From the NCBI GenBank assembly GCA_001724265.1, contig MEDY01000007.1:124001-162195 (forward strand): a stretch of 38,195 nt of DNA. The letters run 5' to 3'. The stretch's first letter is position 1, and every line of letters begins with the position of its first letter. The notes under the pieces are model-generated. The model was given only the letters and a program-made list of their open reading frames with translations, was not told the DNA's origin and did not search any database. This DNA comes from Rhizaria sp. SCN 62-66. Taxonomy: Eukaryota. Made by a program: the position numbers and the translations under genes. Shown piece by piece: positions 1-11,800 of this stretch.

Positions 1-1
1 C

Positions 2-481
2 CGCAACCTGCAGCTGCTGCTGGAGCGCAAGGACGGCAACTACGCCTTCCGTCTCCAGAAGGACCGCGTCTACTACATGTCCGAGGCCGTGCTCAAGATT
101 GCCGTCGGCGTGCCCCGTGACAATCTGGTCTCTGCTGGCACGTGCTTCGGCAAGTTCACCCACTCCGGCCGCTTCCGCCTCAACATCACCGCGCTCGACT
201 ACATCGCGCAGTTCGCCAAGTACAAGATGTGGATCAAGCCCTCCGGTGAGATGAACTACCTCTACGGCAACAACGTTCTTAAGGCCCACCTGGGCCGCAT
301 CACCGAGAACACCCCCACGCACCAGGGCGTGGTCTTCTACACCATGGCCGACATCCCCGTCGGCTTCGGCGTCTCCGCGCAGAGCACGCTCGACTGCCGC
401 AAGGTCGAGGCCACCGCCATCGTCGGCTTCCACCAGACCGACATCGGCGAGTATCTCCGTATCGAAGAGAACCTCACCTAA
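2..481 (+). CDS. NIP7: 60S ribosome biogenesis protein NIP7, 5'-partial (frame open to window edge)
   Basis: Frame 2 reads [28 protein letters not shown]...[21 protein letters not shown]...[29 protein letters not shown]...[16 protein letters not shown], matching NIP7/PUA-domain motifs. Ends TAA at the family's usual C-terminus. Confidence 0.96.
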   Translation, partial: RNLQLLLERKDGNYAFRLQKDRVYYMSEAVLKIAVGVPRDNLVSAGTCFGKFTHSGRFRLNITALDYIAQFAKYKMWIKPSGEMNYLYGNNVLKAHLGRITENTPTHQGVVFYTMADIPVGFGVSAQSTLDCRKVEATAIVGFHQTDIGEYLRIEENLT

Positions 482-920
482 ATTCCGCGCTATCTCGTTG
501 CAACATCAAAGCACGTCCTTGGCTGCTGTTGTTGCTTATGAAACGTAGTCAATGTTGTCTGTTTTTTTTATAAAAGAAGTAAAACACTTGTTGTGGTGTG
601 ATTATGATTATATTAATATGATGCGCTGTTAAATAGCCTAGCAAATCCTCCCTTTTTTTGTACGCATACATACATACACACACATTTATAAACACAAAGG
701 CTGGAGTAATGCGCAAATCGAGATTAAAAAAAGCACGAGACTGTATTGTACTTAATCAAACGATACTGGCCTCCTCAAAATCACACTTCATGTACATGAC
801 ATAATAAATACGTTGCGGTATATCAAAACAAAACTCACTCACACAGAAACATACATCACTCGTCCTCAGTCAACTCTGACTTCGCAGTCGCAGTCGATCA
901 GCTAAGTGCACGCCTCGCGC

Positions 921-2637
921 TCACGCGGTCTTGGTCATGAAGAACTCGACGGTCTCCTCGACCGTGGCGGCGGGGCGGATGAGCTCGAGCTTGATCTCGG
1001 CCTCCTCGTCCACGGTCCCGTCGGCCTTGAAGGTCTCGGTGAAGCAGTAGAGCGCGGGAGCTTGACGGCAGTTGTAGTACGACCACGCCGAGTGGAAGTA
1101 CGCGCCTGTGTCGTGGAACAGCACCAAGTCGCCCTGCTGCGCAGGCGGCAGCGGGCGCTGCGAGGGCGCAATGACGTCGTCGATGCAGCAGGGGCCTGCG
1201 ACATCGGCCGGCAGCAGGAGCTCCGTGCTGTCATCGGCGGGCGGGAACGGGGAGCCGTCGGCGCGCAGGGCCGTCACGCGCAGCGGCCAGACCTCGGGCT
1301 TGTACACCGTGCGGACTGCGATGTCGGCGCCCGCGTGCTGGAGCAGGACGCGGCGCCCGCCCGCCTGCTTGACGTACTCGACGCGGCTCGCGATGAAGCC
1401 CTGCTTCGCCAAGTACCGACGGCCCTGCTCAGTGATAACGTTGTACTCGCCCGTAAAGAGCGCGGGGCACGACGCGCGCAGCTCGGCGGCCCAGTCGGCG
1501 AACGCGGGCGTGTTTTCCTCGCTGGCGAAGTTGACTGGCAGACCACCGCCGATGTCCACGGTCGCGATCTGCTTCGCCAGGCCGCGGGCGACCGCGGAGG
1601 CGTTGACCTCGGCGGCAAACGACAGCATAATCTCGATGGCCGACGCGAGCTGGCGCAGCGAGTAGGTCTGGGAGCCCGCGTGCACGTGCATGCAGTTGAG
1701 CCAGGGGCGCGCGGCGTAAGCGGCGAGCACTTCGGCGCGCAGCTCGGTCGCGGGGACGCCGAACTTGGACCAAGGCTTAGAGACCGAGTGGGTGACAATG
1801 GCGCCCGCACCGATCTGCGTGTTGAGGCGGATGCCGATGAGGGAGGTGGGCAGCGCGCCGTCGTGGCGGGACTGGTAGTCGGCCACGGCCTTGTCGACGC
1901 GCTCGAGCTCCTAGATATGACGAGATATAACACAGCAAAAAGAAGATGTTAGGACGTAAAAACACAATAAAAAAGTTATTTGTTGATTATAATCAAAGGC
2001 GCGGAAATAAAATAGGATGATGTAAGTATTTAAAAGCAGTATCATTGTTATTGATAGAAGAACGCACCTGGAGGTTGTCGATGGTGAGGCCAACGCCCCA
2101 CTCGAGGGCCTGCGCAATCTCGCGGTGGGTCTTGGCGGGCGAGTCGAGCATAATCTTCTTCGGGTCGGGCTGTCCGCGGCGGGCCATGACGAGCTCGCCC
2201 AGCGACGCGGCCTCCGAGCCCGCGCCCGCGGCGGCGCCCGCCTGGATGATCCGCAGCAGCGGGTTCGCCTTGGTCGCCACCGTGTGCAGGAAGTGCGCCG
2301 GGAAGGCGTCCTGGGCCTCCTTAATCTGCGCCTGGAACTCGGTGAGGCTCCAAATCATGGCCAGTGGGGAGTCCTCGGTGAAGATGCCCTGCTTGACGGC
2401 GGCGCGCATCGCACGCAGCTTCCAGGGGGCGCAGTCGTTGGGGCCTGCACCGTGCTCGTACGCGATGGGGACACCAGTCGGGATGACCGTGGCGGAAGCG
2501 GAGGATAAGGAACAGGACATGGCCGCTGCGGAAAACGGGGCCACATGACGGGAGCGCAAGAGGAGCGGGCGCAGGGACGCAGACGCGGTCGATGATGACG
2601 CCAGAGAAGGCAGCGAACGGAGGCACGTACGAAGCAT
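921..2637 (-). CDS. Group IV PLP-dependent decarboxylase (diaminopimelate decarboxylase-like), about 519 aa, possible mitochondrial presequence; exons 2637-2068 and 1910-921
   Basis: Motifs ATKAN (PLP lysine), EAASLGEL, DSPAKT, SKFG, HVHAGSQ, DIGGG, TEQGR, AGPCC, DTGAY. Intron 2067-1911 (GTGCGT...TAG) joins IDNLQ|ELERV in phase 0. N-terminus is Arg/Ser/Leu-rich and acid-free. Ends TGA. Confidence 0.88.
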
Positions 2638-3145
2638 CGGATATACGCGTGCAGAAGAGCAGTGGAGTTATGCAAAGAAGTGGATAGCAAACGTGAGCCA
2701 CTTACACACGATCGCAGAAAAGAGCACCGAAAAACAACAGTCTGGTACCACTCAAAAAGGTGGTTGAAAGTTGCGTTTTCGCTCGTCGTCGTCGGGTTGT
2801 CGGTCTTCGGTCGGTCTGGTTCTCAAAAATTTGTTCGACCGGTCAGCTGAGAGGAGACAACTTTCCACTCTTGGCAGGTCAATCATGCTCTTGAACAATA
2901 CCAGAAGGGCTATGGTAAACTTACTATTTTTTTATTAGTTGTTTCTGATTTATGCCAAAACGACCATCCTTCCTGACGGACTTATCCCTTACAAATCCCT
3001 CCTTCTTTGTCTCCTTCCTCTGCCTCTGCAGTGTGTGGCACCTTCGTGTGTCTTTGTGAGTGCAAGGCCCCTTCCCTTTTCCTCTCGCTCGCGTGTTACC
3101 CCGCCCGTGCGACGGCTTTTGGTTGTCCCTTTCCTCTACACAACA

Positions 3146-4753
3146 ATGCTCCCTCCACAGCCGCATCCTCGCGGTTGTGCAGGCTCCTTCGCCCTCAACC
3201 AGCAAAGGAGTCAGAGCACTGGTCACTCCACCAACAGGAAGGCCAGCAGCGCCAGCTCCTTCGCGATCGTTTACCTCGCCCTGCTCGTTCTGCTTGCGCT
3301 TGTCTCCGGCGCGTCCGCGTTGTTCCCCGCCTCCACCGTCGCGATCCCGCTCTCCGTAGCGGAGCAAGAGGCTGACCTGGCCGCCGAGCTGCGCCGCCTG
3401 CCCGCCGCGACCCCCGCCGTGCTCGCCACCGCCTCCGCCGTCCTCGCGCACGGCAACGGTGACGCGGCAGAGCGGCGCAGTGCCGCGGCGCCGACGCGAG
3501 AGGCGATGCTGCACCAGTGGAGCTCGTTCTTGCTGGAGAGTCTTGCGGTCGCGCGCCGGTCGCCGAGCAAGCCCAAGACGGTGAGCAACAACTTCGTCAA
3601 CAAGAACAACAACTACAAGCAGAAGAAGGCCGCCGCCGTCAAGAACATTAATGCCGCGCTGAACAACAACATGTTTCCGCCTATTTCCGGTCACTTCCAG
3701 CCCCGCAAGTGGGCGTTTTCGTCATCCTCGGTCACGCCCCACCCGCCGTCGCGGCTGTCGGCGACACAGAATAGCAACATCTACAACTACGACGCCAACA
3801 AGCTCTCCGCGCGGTACAAGGAACGCGAGCAGGGCCTCCCGCCCTCGTTCTTGTCCACGCAGTCCACCGCGGGCGCCCCGAAGACCATAGACTCGAGCAA
3901 CCCCAGTCTGCCGGACAACGAGATCCCTGCGGGCAGCACGACACCGCCGCCCGGCGGCTCGCAGGCGCCCAAGCTCACTGAGGGCGACCAGGCGCCCACA
4001 GCCAGCGTTGGCAACGGCGTGGGGCAGTTTGCGGAAGCCGAGGGCGCGATGCCGCCGCTTGGCTACTTCATGCAGGTATGTTCTGACGCAATCATAACCA
4101 CTATTTGCGTCAATTAAATTCGATATTGACGTGCGGGACAGAAAATAATATGTTGATGTGTTCACTATGTGTATTTTCTGATTAGATTGCACTTTTTTAT
4201 TCATATTACGTGATGGTGTGATTTATGTTGTGTCTTATGGTTCTTTGCTCACCCTCATCTTTTCTTCCCTTCGCTTTGGTGTCGCTGATTGACCTGACTT
4301 GTTTAGACGCCCGAGTGCGACGCGGCGATGCGCGTGTGGATGGAGCTGTGCGCGTTCGCCTCCCCTGAGGGCAAGAAGTCCCTCTACTGGCACGGCAAGA
4401 ACGACACCCACTTCCCCCCGCGGCAGCCCAAGCTGGCGGAGCCGGCCGGCACGCCCATCGGCACGCCCGTCGCCGTCATCGACCCCAACACGGGCGAGGT
4501 CAAGCAGGCGGGCATCATGTCCACGGTCGAGGACCTCACCTCGGCCGAGTACATCGGCAACATGATCACCAACAACAACGCCGAGGCCGAGTTGGGCGAG
4601 AACTCATACGCCAAGCAGCAGGAGCGCCTCTTCAAGAACGGGACCATCGGCGCCAACGCGGGCAAGGACGGCGCCGCCGCGGGGGGCGCGGCTGCGGGCG
4701 GCTCTGATGCCGGCACCGGCGCCGGCGCTGGCGCTGGTGCTGGCAAGGGTTGA
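3146..4753 (+). CDS. Hypothetical secreted or membrane-anchored protein, about 458 aa; exons 3146-4075 and 4307-4753
   Basis: GC3-rich codon use, hydrophobic segment FAIVYLALLVLLALVSGASA, intron 4076-4306 (GTATGT...TAG) joining YFMQ|TPECDAAM, Gly/Ala-rich tail. Ends TGA. Start codon uncertain and no family recognised. Confidence 0.75.
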
Positions 4754-5214
4754 GACAAGGGTTGATGAATATGATAAGTTGTGTAGACGTGTGAGCGCTT
4801 TGGCTGGCGCGGTAGGGCCAGTCTTTCCTGTGGCATAAGCACAGAAATACAGACGTGTATCTTAGATAGCTCTTCATTTTATGTGGCATGTGGGAGCTTT
4901 CTTATCGTTATCTTGCATTCATAAGATGTATTCATATGATGTTACACATCATGTGAATCGTGTCGGTGTTGAAAATTTCTTTTGAGATGGCTACATCAAC
5001 CGGTCAGTGTAACTCAAATAAAACTGTGTATTAATAAATGAAGACCTTTCATGAGCTCGCCAAGAATCAGCATAGTTGGCCTGAAATGCAAGCGCACGCA
5101 TAAGCTGCTGGGTCTCAACACCAAGAGTTCGAAGCGTCGTCGTGGCCCTCTGGAGTCGTAAATAAGACGAAAGCCTTCGAGTTAAAGTACGAATCATACA
5201 TAATAGCTTGGCAC

Positions 5215-7515
5215 TCAGAGCTTAACGTGCCTGTTGCCCCCCTGCGCACCGGCACCGGCGCCGGCGCCCGCACCAGCGCCACCGCCGCGGGGCTTGTTGT
5301 TGTTGCTGTTGCCGCCGTTGCCAGCGTAAGGCGCCGACGTCTGCGCGCGCCCCTGCTGCTGCTGCTGCTTACCACCACCGCCGCCGCCGCCGCTGCGCTG
5401 CTGCTGCTGTTGTCCGTGGCCGCCGCGCGCGCCCGGGCCCTGAAATCCGCCGCGGCCGCCCCTGCCGTTGTTGTTATTGTTGCCGCCGTTGTTGTTGCCG
5501 CGGTAGGACGCGTGTCCCATGCGTCCGTCCCTGCCCACAGTCACCCCCGCGGCGCCGCCGGCACCTCCGAGAGCGCCGGAGGCGGCGCGCAGGGCGGGGG
5601 TCGTGGCGCTGCCGCCGGCGCCGGCGTTAGCGGTGGCCATGGCCGTGGCCTGCTGAACGGGGTCCAGCGCGGCGACGCGGTCGCGGCTGAGACACACGCT
5701 GAGGCGCGCGTCGTTGCCTGCGGTGAGGAGAGGGCAGTCCGCGGAGGCGGAGGGCAGCCAGTCGACGGCGCGGACGAGCCCGCGGTGAGCGGTCGAGGGC
5801 GGGACCACCCACAGGGGGTGCACGCCCGAGGGGGAGAGGTTGCTCACACAGAGGGCGCCGCCCGAAGACGCTGTTGTCGGTATAAGATGAAACAAAACAA
5901 AGAAACATGCGATAAAGATTGTTTGATGAGTGAAGATCTGTGACGATTAACATGAATTCGTCATATTTAATTCATATTTAATTCCGTGAATGTGCTGTCA
6001 ATATCAATTTGCGACGTACACATGACGACGCGCAGCACCTCGGCCTCCGCGTCGTATTGGCAGTCGACCACGACGGTCATGCGGTACTCGCAGGGCGCGA
6101 TGGAGCGGTTCTGCGCGTCGACGAGCACGAGCCCAAGCCCGCCGTCGGCGGCGCCGGTTGAGACCACGGACACGGAGCTGGGCAGCGTGAGCGCCGCGGC
6201 CGACGAGTAGAAGGTCATGCCCTGGCCGCCGAGCGTGCCGGCGTCGTGCTAGCAGCAGGACGCCGCGACGACAACGCCGGCGGCGCCGGACGCGGAGAGC
6301 GTGTGCGCGTCGGCGGCCGCGGGGGAAGAGGAGGCGAGCAGCGAGTTGAGCTGCTCGGCGTCGGCCTCGGCGCCGGAGGGGAGCAGAGACGCGTGAACCG
6401 GGACGGGGTCGAAAGTCATGCCAGCATCGGAAGCTAAGCCGCTGTCGCTGGCGTCAGTGTCGGCGTCAACGAACTCGCGGTAGCTAAGATTGTGGGTGAG
6501 TGCAACAAAGTAACAGAAAATGAGAATATATTAATGTGAGCAATTTGAGCGAGTGACTGAGAGACGTGACAAAGATACAGCCTCAAAGCATAGATGTTAT
6601 AAAATAGAATATCAGTATAAATACGTACAATTCGTCGTTGTCGAACTTCGCGGTGGCACAAATGACGGCGTTGACGTCGTCCCTGATGGTGTTGAACTGG
6701 CTCACCAGCTCGCACTCGTCGATGTTCCACAGCGTCACAGTCGAGGCCGGGGAAATGGCGTACAAAAACCCGTTATCGGGACCGAAAAAGCCCATCTTGG
6801 CGACGGGCTGCTCAGTCGGGAGCGTGTTGTCGAGGCAATCGTCGAGCGAATCACCGTTGACCATCTGCTCTAAGTCGAAGCAGTTGATGAAGGTGTCCTC
6901 CGACCCCGTGAGCAGGTACCCGGGGCGCGCGGGGTGGAAGCGCACCTGCGTGACCTCGTCCGTGTGCACGTCGGTGCACTGCCCGACGGGGGCACGCGGG
7001 TAACGCGTGTCGAACACGGCCACGGAGGGCTTGCCGCCGACCGCGAGCGCTGTGCCCAGCAGGTCGGCCGAGAAGAGCGGTTCGAAGGCCGGCAGACGCG
7101 CCGTGAGCTGCGGGGCGGCCTCGCGCGTGCGCACATCCCACACGGCCGCCACGCCGTCGGCCGAGGCCGAGATGAGGAGGTTGTTGCCGTTGGGCGCGGG
7201 GTCGGGGTTGCCGCCATTGCTCCACACGAGGTCGTGGACTTGGTCGCCGTGCCCGCGCAGATCGCGGTCGAACGACAGCGAGTCCGTCGCGGCGTTAAAC
7301 ACGTACAGCTTGATCAGGTTGTCGGGCGTGGAGGACGTTGCGACGAGGCGGGAGGCCTGCGAGGCGGCGAGCGCGGCGGCGTAGGACGGGACGCCCGCGG
7401 TCACGGCCTCGGTCAGGGCGAGGGAGCACACGTTGGTGAGGTAGTTGTTGTTGAAGGAGGTCGTGATAGCCATCTTGGGCGCAAACGCGCCGAGAATGGC
7501 GGCGGAGCTGCTCAT
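5215..7515 (-). CDS. WD40-repeat protein (WDR89-like), about 668 aa with one in-frame TAG; exons 7515-6629, 6483-6020, 5870-5215
   Basis: WD repeats GHGDQVHDL...SASADGVAAVWDVR, DVHTDEVTQVRFHP...LLTGSEDTFINCFD and AHRGLVRAVDW...LTAGNDARL. Introns 6628-6484 and 6019-5871 (both GTACGT...AG) are phase-consistent. Exon 2 has TAG at 6251-6249. Ends TGA. Confidence 0.82.
6249..6251 (-). other. In-frame TAG within exon 2 of the WD40 gene
   Basis: Reads tcc tgc tgc TAG cac gac gcc (SCC*HDA). Frame is open and GC3-rich on both sides. Confidence 0.8.
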
Positions 7516-8044
7516 GGACACAGACAGCAGACGCTTAAGTGCAGGGATGAAAGCACTGTGGAGTGGGGAAGGGAAGGTGGGGACTGCTGCGAGCCAGAGT
7601 GTTCGTGCGATGGACGCAAAGATGGAATATATGATGTGAGACACATTTCTAAGAGCAAATAATAACAAATTCAATATTTCACAACATATACTTCCTATGA
7701 CTTTGGTAACAGACTGTTTGACGATCATATTATGGCTCGCTGAAGGCTTGAAAATCGCATTGCGCGGTCGCGCAGCGTCTCAGCTGCCACCACCAAAAAG
7801 AAAAACGACAACTGCATCAGCACCTACTACAATCTCCTCAGTGCGCGATACAACGGCACAAATCGATTGTTTCAAGTGGATTAATCGGATATAATATAGA
7901 CAATAAAGCGATCTTTATGAATTCGTGTTTATTATTGCATTCCTGACACATATAGGCCTTCATTGGCCCTCTCAAAGCCGCGAGTGACTGCTGGGAATCA
8001 GTCGTTCAGAACTCGTCTTACAAGCTTTCTGCGTCCCATTGCGC

Positions 8045-8617
8045 TCAGTCAGTCTCGTGGAAGGCGGCAGCAAGGGGCACAAACTCCCGCATCGCCTTGT
8101 GCACGTACGCCGTGTCGTGTGGGTCCTTGTCCTTGCCCCACGTGTATAGCTCAGTGAAGACGCCGTCAACGTGTGCATTCACGACGCTGGCGCTCTCCTT
8201 GCCCTCCTCCGCGCCCGCAGACGCGCCCGCCAGCCCGCGGCCAGGCAGCCCCGCGGCAGCGGGCGCGCCCTGCTCAAGCACGACGCCGATTGTGTCCTGG
8301 GGCAGCGCGAGCTTGAGTCCCGTGAGCCCGCGGCCGCGCAGCGCAGCCTTGTAGATGGTCTTGTCGTCGGCGTAAGTGACTGTGGACACGTACTCGGGCG
8401 CGTCAGTGGAGATGGAGCGCTCGCGGACAACGTGCGGGGCGGGGCGGAAGAAGGCGGAGACGTTGGCGGGGCCGTCGTGCGAGATGGCGGCGGGGATCAG
8501 GTGCACTGGTGACTTGCGGAGGCGGCGGAGCTCTTTGGCAGACGACGGGAGAGGGAACGCCACGGGCTGCGAGAGCGCGGAGAGCGCAACATCATCGGTC
8601 AAGTCAGAGCTACTCAT
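8045..8617 (-). CDS. RNASEH2C: Ribonuclease H2 subunit C, 190 aa, intronless
   Basis: Motifs VHLIPAAISHDGPANVSAFF, AALRGRGLTG, LPQDTIGVVL, FTELYTWGKD and EFVPLAAAFH. Ends TGA. Confidence 0.9.
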   Translation of the reverse strand: MSSSDLTDDVALSALSQPVAFPLPSSAKELRRLRKSPVHLIPAAISHDGPANVSAFFRPAPHVVRERSISTDAPEYVSTVTYADDKTIYKAALRGRGLTGLKLALPQDTIGVVLEQGAPAAAGLPGRGLAGASAGAEEGKESASVVNAHVDGVFTELYTWGKDKDPHDTAYVHKAMREFVPLAAAFHETD

Positions 8618-8859
8618 TGCGGAGAAGCACTGAAGGTGGGTGGCAAAAGAAAACAAAGCACGTTAAAAGCGCATGGAAGGAATGGGAGGAAGTGAACAGG
8701 CGAAGTGAGAGATTGGGCGCGAAGCGATGAGCACTTGTGTGATACGAAAGAATTACATCGTCAATAGCCGCATAATTTTGTTCATAATCATAAAACACAA
8801 AATCTCGTTTTTATCTATTATAGTACTCACACAGGTCGCGCTCTTACGGCACAAAAGCC

Positions 8860-11800
8860 ATGTATCGTCTCGGCGCCCGGACTCTCTGGACCTCACGGTC
8901 CCTGGCGGCCGCAGCCACGGCCCCACCGGCACCCACTCGCGCCCACCCTGCCATCCCCGCGAGCCTGACGCTTTCCATCACGCCGCCTGTGACGGCTGTG
9001 ACTGTGCCGCGTCGTGTGGATGCGCTGGCGCGTCGGTACGGGCGGCAGCGCCGACCCAAGGTGGTCGTGCTATCGGGCGGCACCGGCGTCGGCAAAACGG
9101 CTCTTTCACTTCTGCTCGCCGCATCGCTGCCCGGCGGCGGCGAGGTTGTCTCCGCAGACTCGATGCAGGTCTACCAGGGACTCGACATCGGCACCGCCAA
9201 GGCGTCGCGGGACGAGCTGGCCGCGCTGCCGCATCACTTGATCGACATCGTTGCGCCGGGCGGCGACGACTACTCTGCTGCACGCTTCCACCGTGACGCG
9301 ATGACCGCGATTAAGGTTCGTCATAGCTCATTATCTCTACATGTATTTTTGCTGTCTTGATATGTTGGTTCATATTCTGAGTTGTATTGATCTATCCATG
9401 TTGTATCTTGCTCAGCATCTACGTTTGCTGACTCTGTGACGTCATGTAGGACATCATTGCGCGCGGCAAGACCCCGATCATCGTCGGCGGCACCGGCCTC
9501 TATCTGCAGTGGCTGCTGTTTGGTCTGCCGCGGTCCATGGCAGGACCCGGCACGCGCGCCGAGGACCGCGCCGCCACTGACGCCGCCGTCAACTCACTGC
9601 TGCAGCTGCTGCCTGAGATGGAGTCGGCCACGGGCAAGCTGCGGAAGCAGCGCAGCGCGCTCACGGTTATTTCGCACGATAACAGCATCAACAATAACAA
9701 TAATAACAATGCACCGGCCGCTTCTACTCAGCAACAGCAACAATCCGCCACGGCAACGCCTCATAGTGAGACTGTGACTGAAACTGCAGCTGAAACCGTG
9801 ACTGAGACTGCGCCAGCGTCTGCGACTGAGACTGAGGCACAGCAGAGCGGTGATGACCTCTCGCGCTGGCACGCGGCCCTCGCCTCTACGGGCTGGTCCC
9901 CCGCCGTTCTCGCCTGGATCGACTCGCTCCGCATCCGCAACGACCGCTACCGACTCACAAAGGCGTTGTAGCACTGCGTGCGCACTGGCGGCGCGTTCGT
10001 TCCCGACGCGTTCCGCGCGCAGACCACGCAGCGCGGGGCGGGCGTCAGCGCGCTGCGGCGTGGGGAAGGCCCGCTCGACGCTGTCGAGTGGAGCCCCGAG
10101 GCGCTTACATCGGCGAAGGGGGAAGCGGGCGCGAGCGGGGATGCGGATGTGCGGCGCTGGGTCAGTGGGCAAGGCATTGTGAGTACTGGGGTGACCGTGA
10201 CTAAGATGCTCCGTCCGAAGCAAAGTCAGTTTGTGCAACAGCAAAACAAGTCAAATGCTCGCAACGCCTCCGCTGCACGCACAGTTGACGACTGGCTTGA
10301 TGCCGGCCTGCCCTTGCGTTCCCACGCTAGCGCGGACACTGTCGCGCACGTGAACACGAACAGTCCCGTCAGCAACGCGCTCGCTGCTGATGATAACGAT
10401 GGCGACGATGACGCCGCGGGCCTCGTGCACTTCGCTGACCCGCGCCTGTTCTACCTGCGCCTCCCGCGGCCGCTGCACTCGCGCATCGTCGACCTGCGCT
10501 GCGAGGCCATGCTCACCGCGGGCCTCCTGCAGGAGACTCTCCTGCACTCGAGTCCCACCGCGCCGGGCACCGCGGGGGGCGCGCTCCCGGCCGGGTCGGC
10601 GCGCGCCAAGTCGATCGGCTACGCGCAGGCGCTGGGGTTCTTCGAGAGCAAGGTCGCCCTGGACGCCCTCGCGGGGCTAAGTAGTCCTGATGTAAGTACC
10701 TCGTCGCCCAGTGTAAGCAATAGCTCGAGTGACGCCTCTGATATGAGTGAGCCGGGTGCCAAGCTCATGGGGGCTGAAGGAAGCAATGATTTTAGGCTCA
10801 CGAACGCTGTCTGGGCTGGACTCTATGTCTCACCTCGATCGCAAACTCCGTCTCTAGAGACCGACTTGGGCAACACCTCACCGTCGCAGTTGCAGTCACT
10901 GCAGTACCGTCCCCCTGCCCCCGCACCCGTGCTCCAGCTCTTTGGCCGCTTTCTGGGCGAGTTCCAGCGCGGCACGCGCGCGCTGGCCCGCAAGCAGGCG
11001 GCGTGGGTGCGCGCGAGTCACGTGTTCTACGAGCTCGACGTGCCCGTCTCGGCCGCGGGGTTCCTGGAGGCCGTCGGCGAGTACGACGCGCGGGAGGAGC
11101 GCGCGGCGCAGGACCGCAAAGATCGCGAGAAAAAGAGCAGCAAAAAGAAGAACGGCAACAAAACAGCAAGTGATGATGCCAACGATATCGCTGCAACTGT
11201 TGCCACTCTGAACAGCTGTTCTGTTTCCGCGAGCAGCGCTGCCTACAACGCCGCTGTCGCCGCTGTCGCCGCCGGCTGCAGCGGCCTCCCGTCGATCTGT
11301 CCGCTCTCCCCGTGCGCGTGCGCCGCGACCCCCGCCCGGCGCCGCGCGGCCCGCGCCGCCGCGCTGGCCGAGGCGGCGTTGTGCCCTCCGTCGCACGTGC
11401 CGCTAGACGTGCTGGCGCTGTCGCACCCGGACTTCGCGGCGGAGCACAAGGCGGCGCTGCGGCGCGCGGCCGGGGAGGTGGCCGACAGCGTGGCGATGCG
11501 GCAGGGCGCGTGGTGGGACAGCGTGATGCCCGCCAAGGCGAGGCTCGAGGGCAGGGAGTGGGGGGCCGAGTGGGGCCACGACTCAATCAACAGCGACACT
11601 AACAACTCGACCATGAACAGTAGCGAACAGAACGGTAGCAACGAGGAGAGTGAGTCGAGCCTCCCTGTGAGTGCGGTAGCAGCGAACTCCGCTCCCAAAC
11701 GTGCAAAGAAGAGCGCGCTTGACCAGGAAATGAAGACGTACATCCCGATCCCGCTTGTGTACACGGAGAAAGACGTTATCATCGGTCTCCGTGGTGCGCA

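Noticed and set aside
479..481. UAA also reassigned (ciliate-type UAR code)
   Set aside because: TAA falls at the conserved C-terminus of NIP7 and after the final GH16 strand, followed by AT-rich non-coding DNA. No intact gene has an internal TAA.
1911..1913. TAG just before ELERV in the decarboxylase (likewise at 4304-4306, 9447-9449, 36512-36514) as further recoded codons
   Set aside because: Each is the acceptor of an AT-rich intron with a matching donor and correct phase.
9969..9971. Pyrrolysine or selenocysteine explanation for the internal stops
   Set aside because: Sec uses UGA. Pyl is not known in eukaryotes, and the aligned columns are Glu/Gln in non-Pyl protein families.
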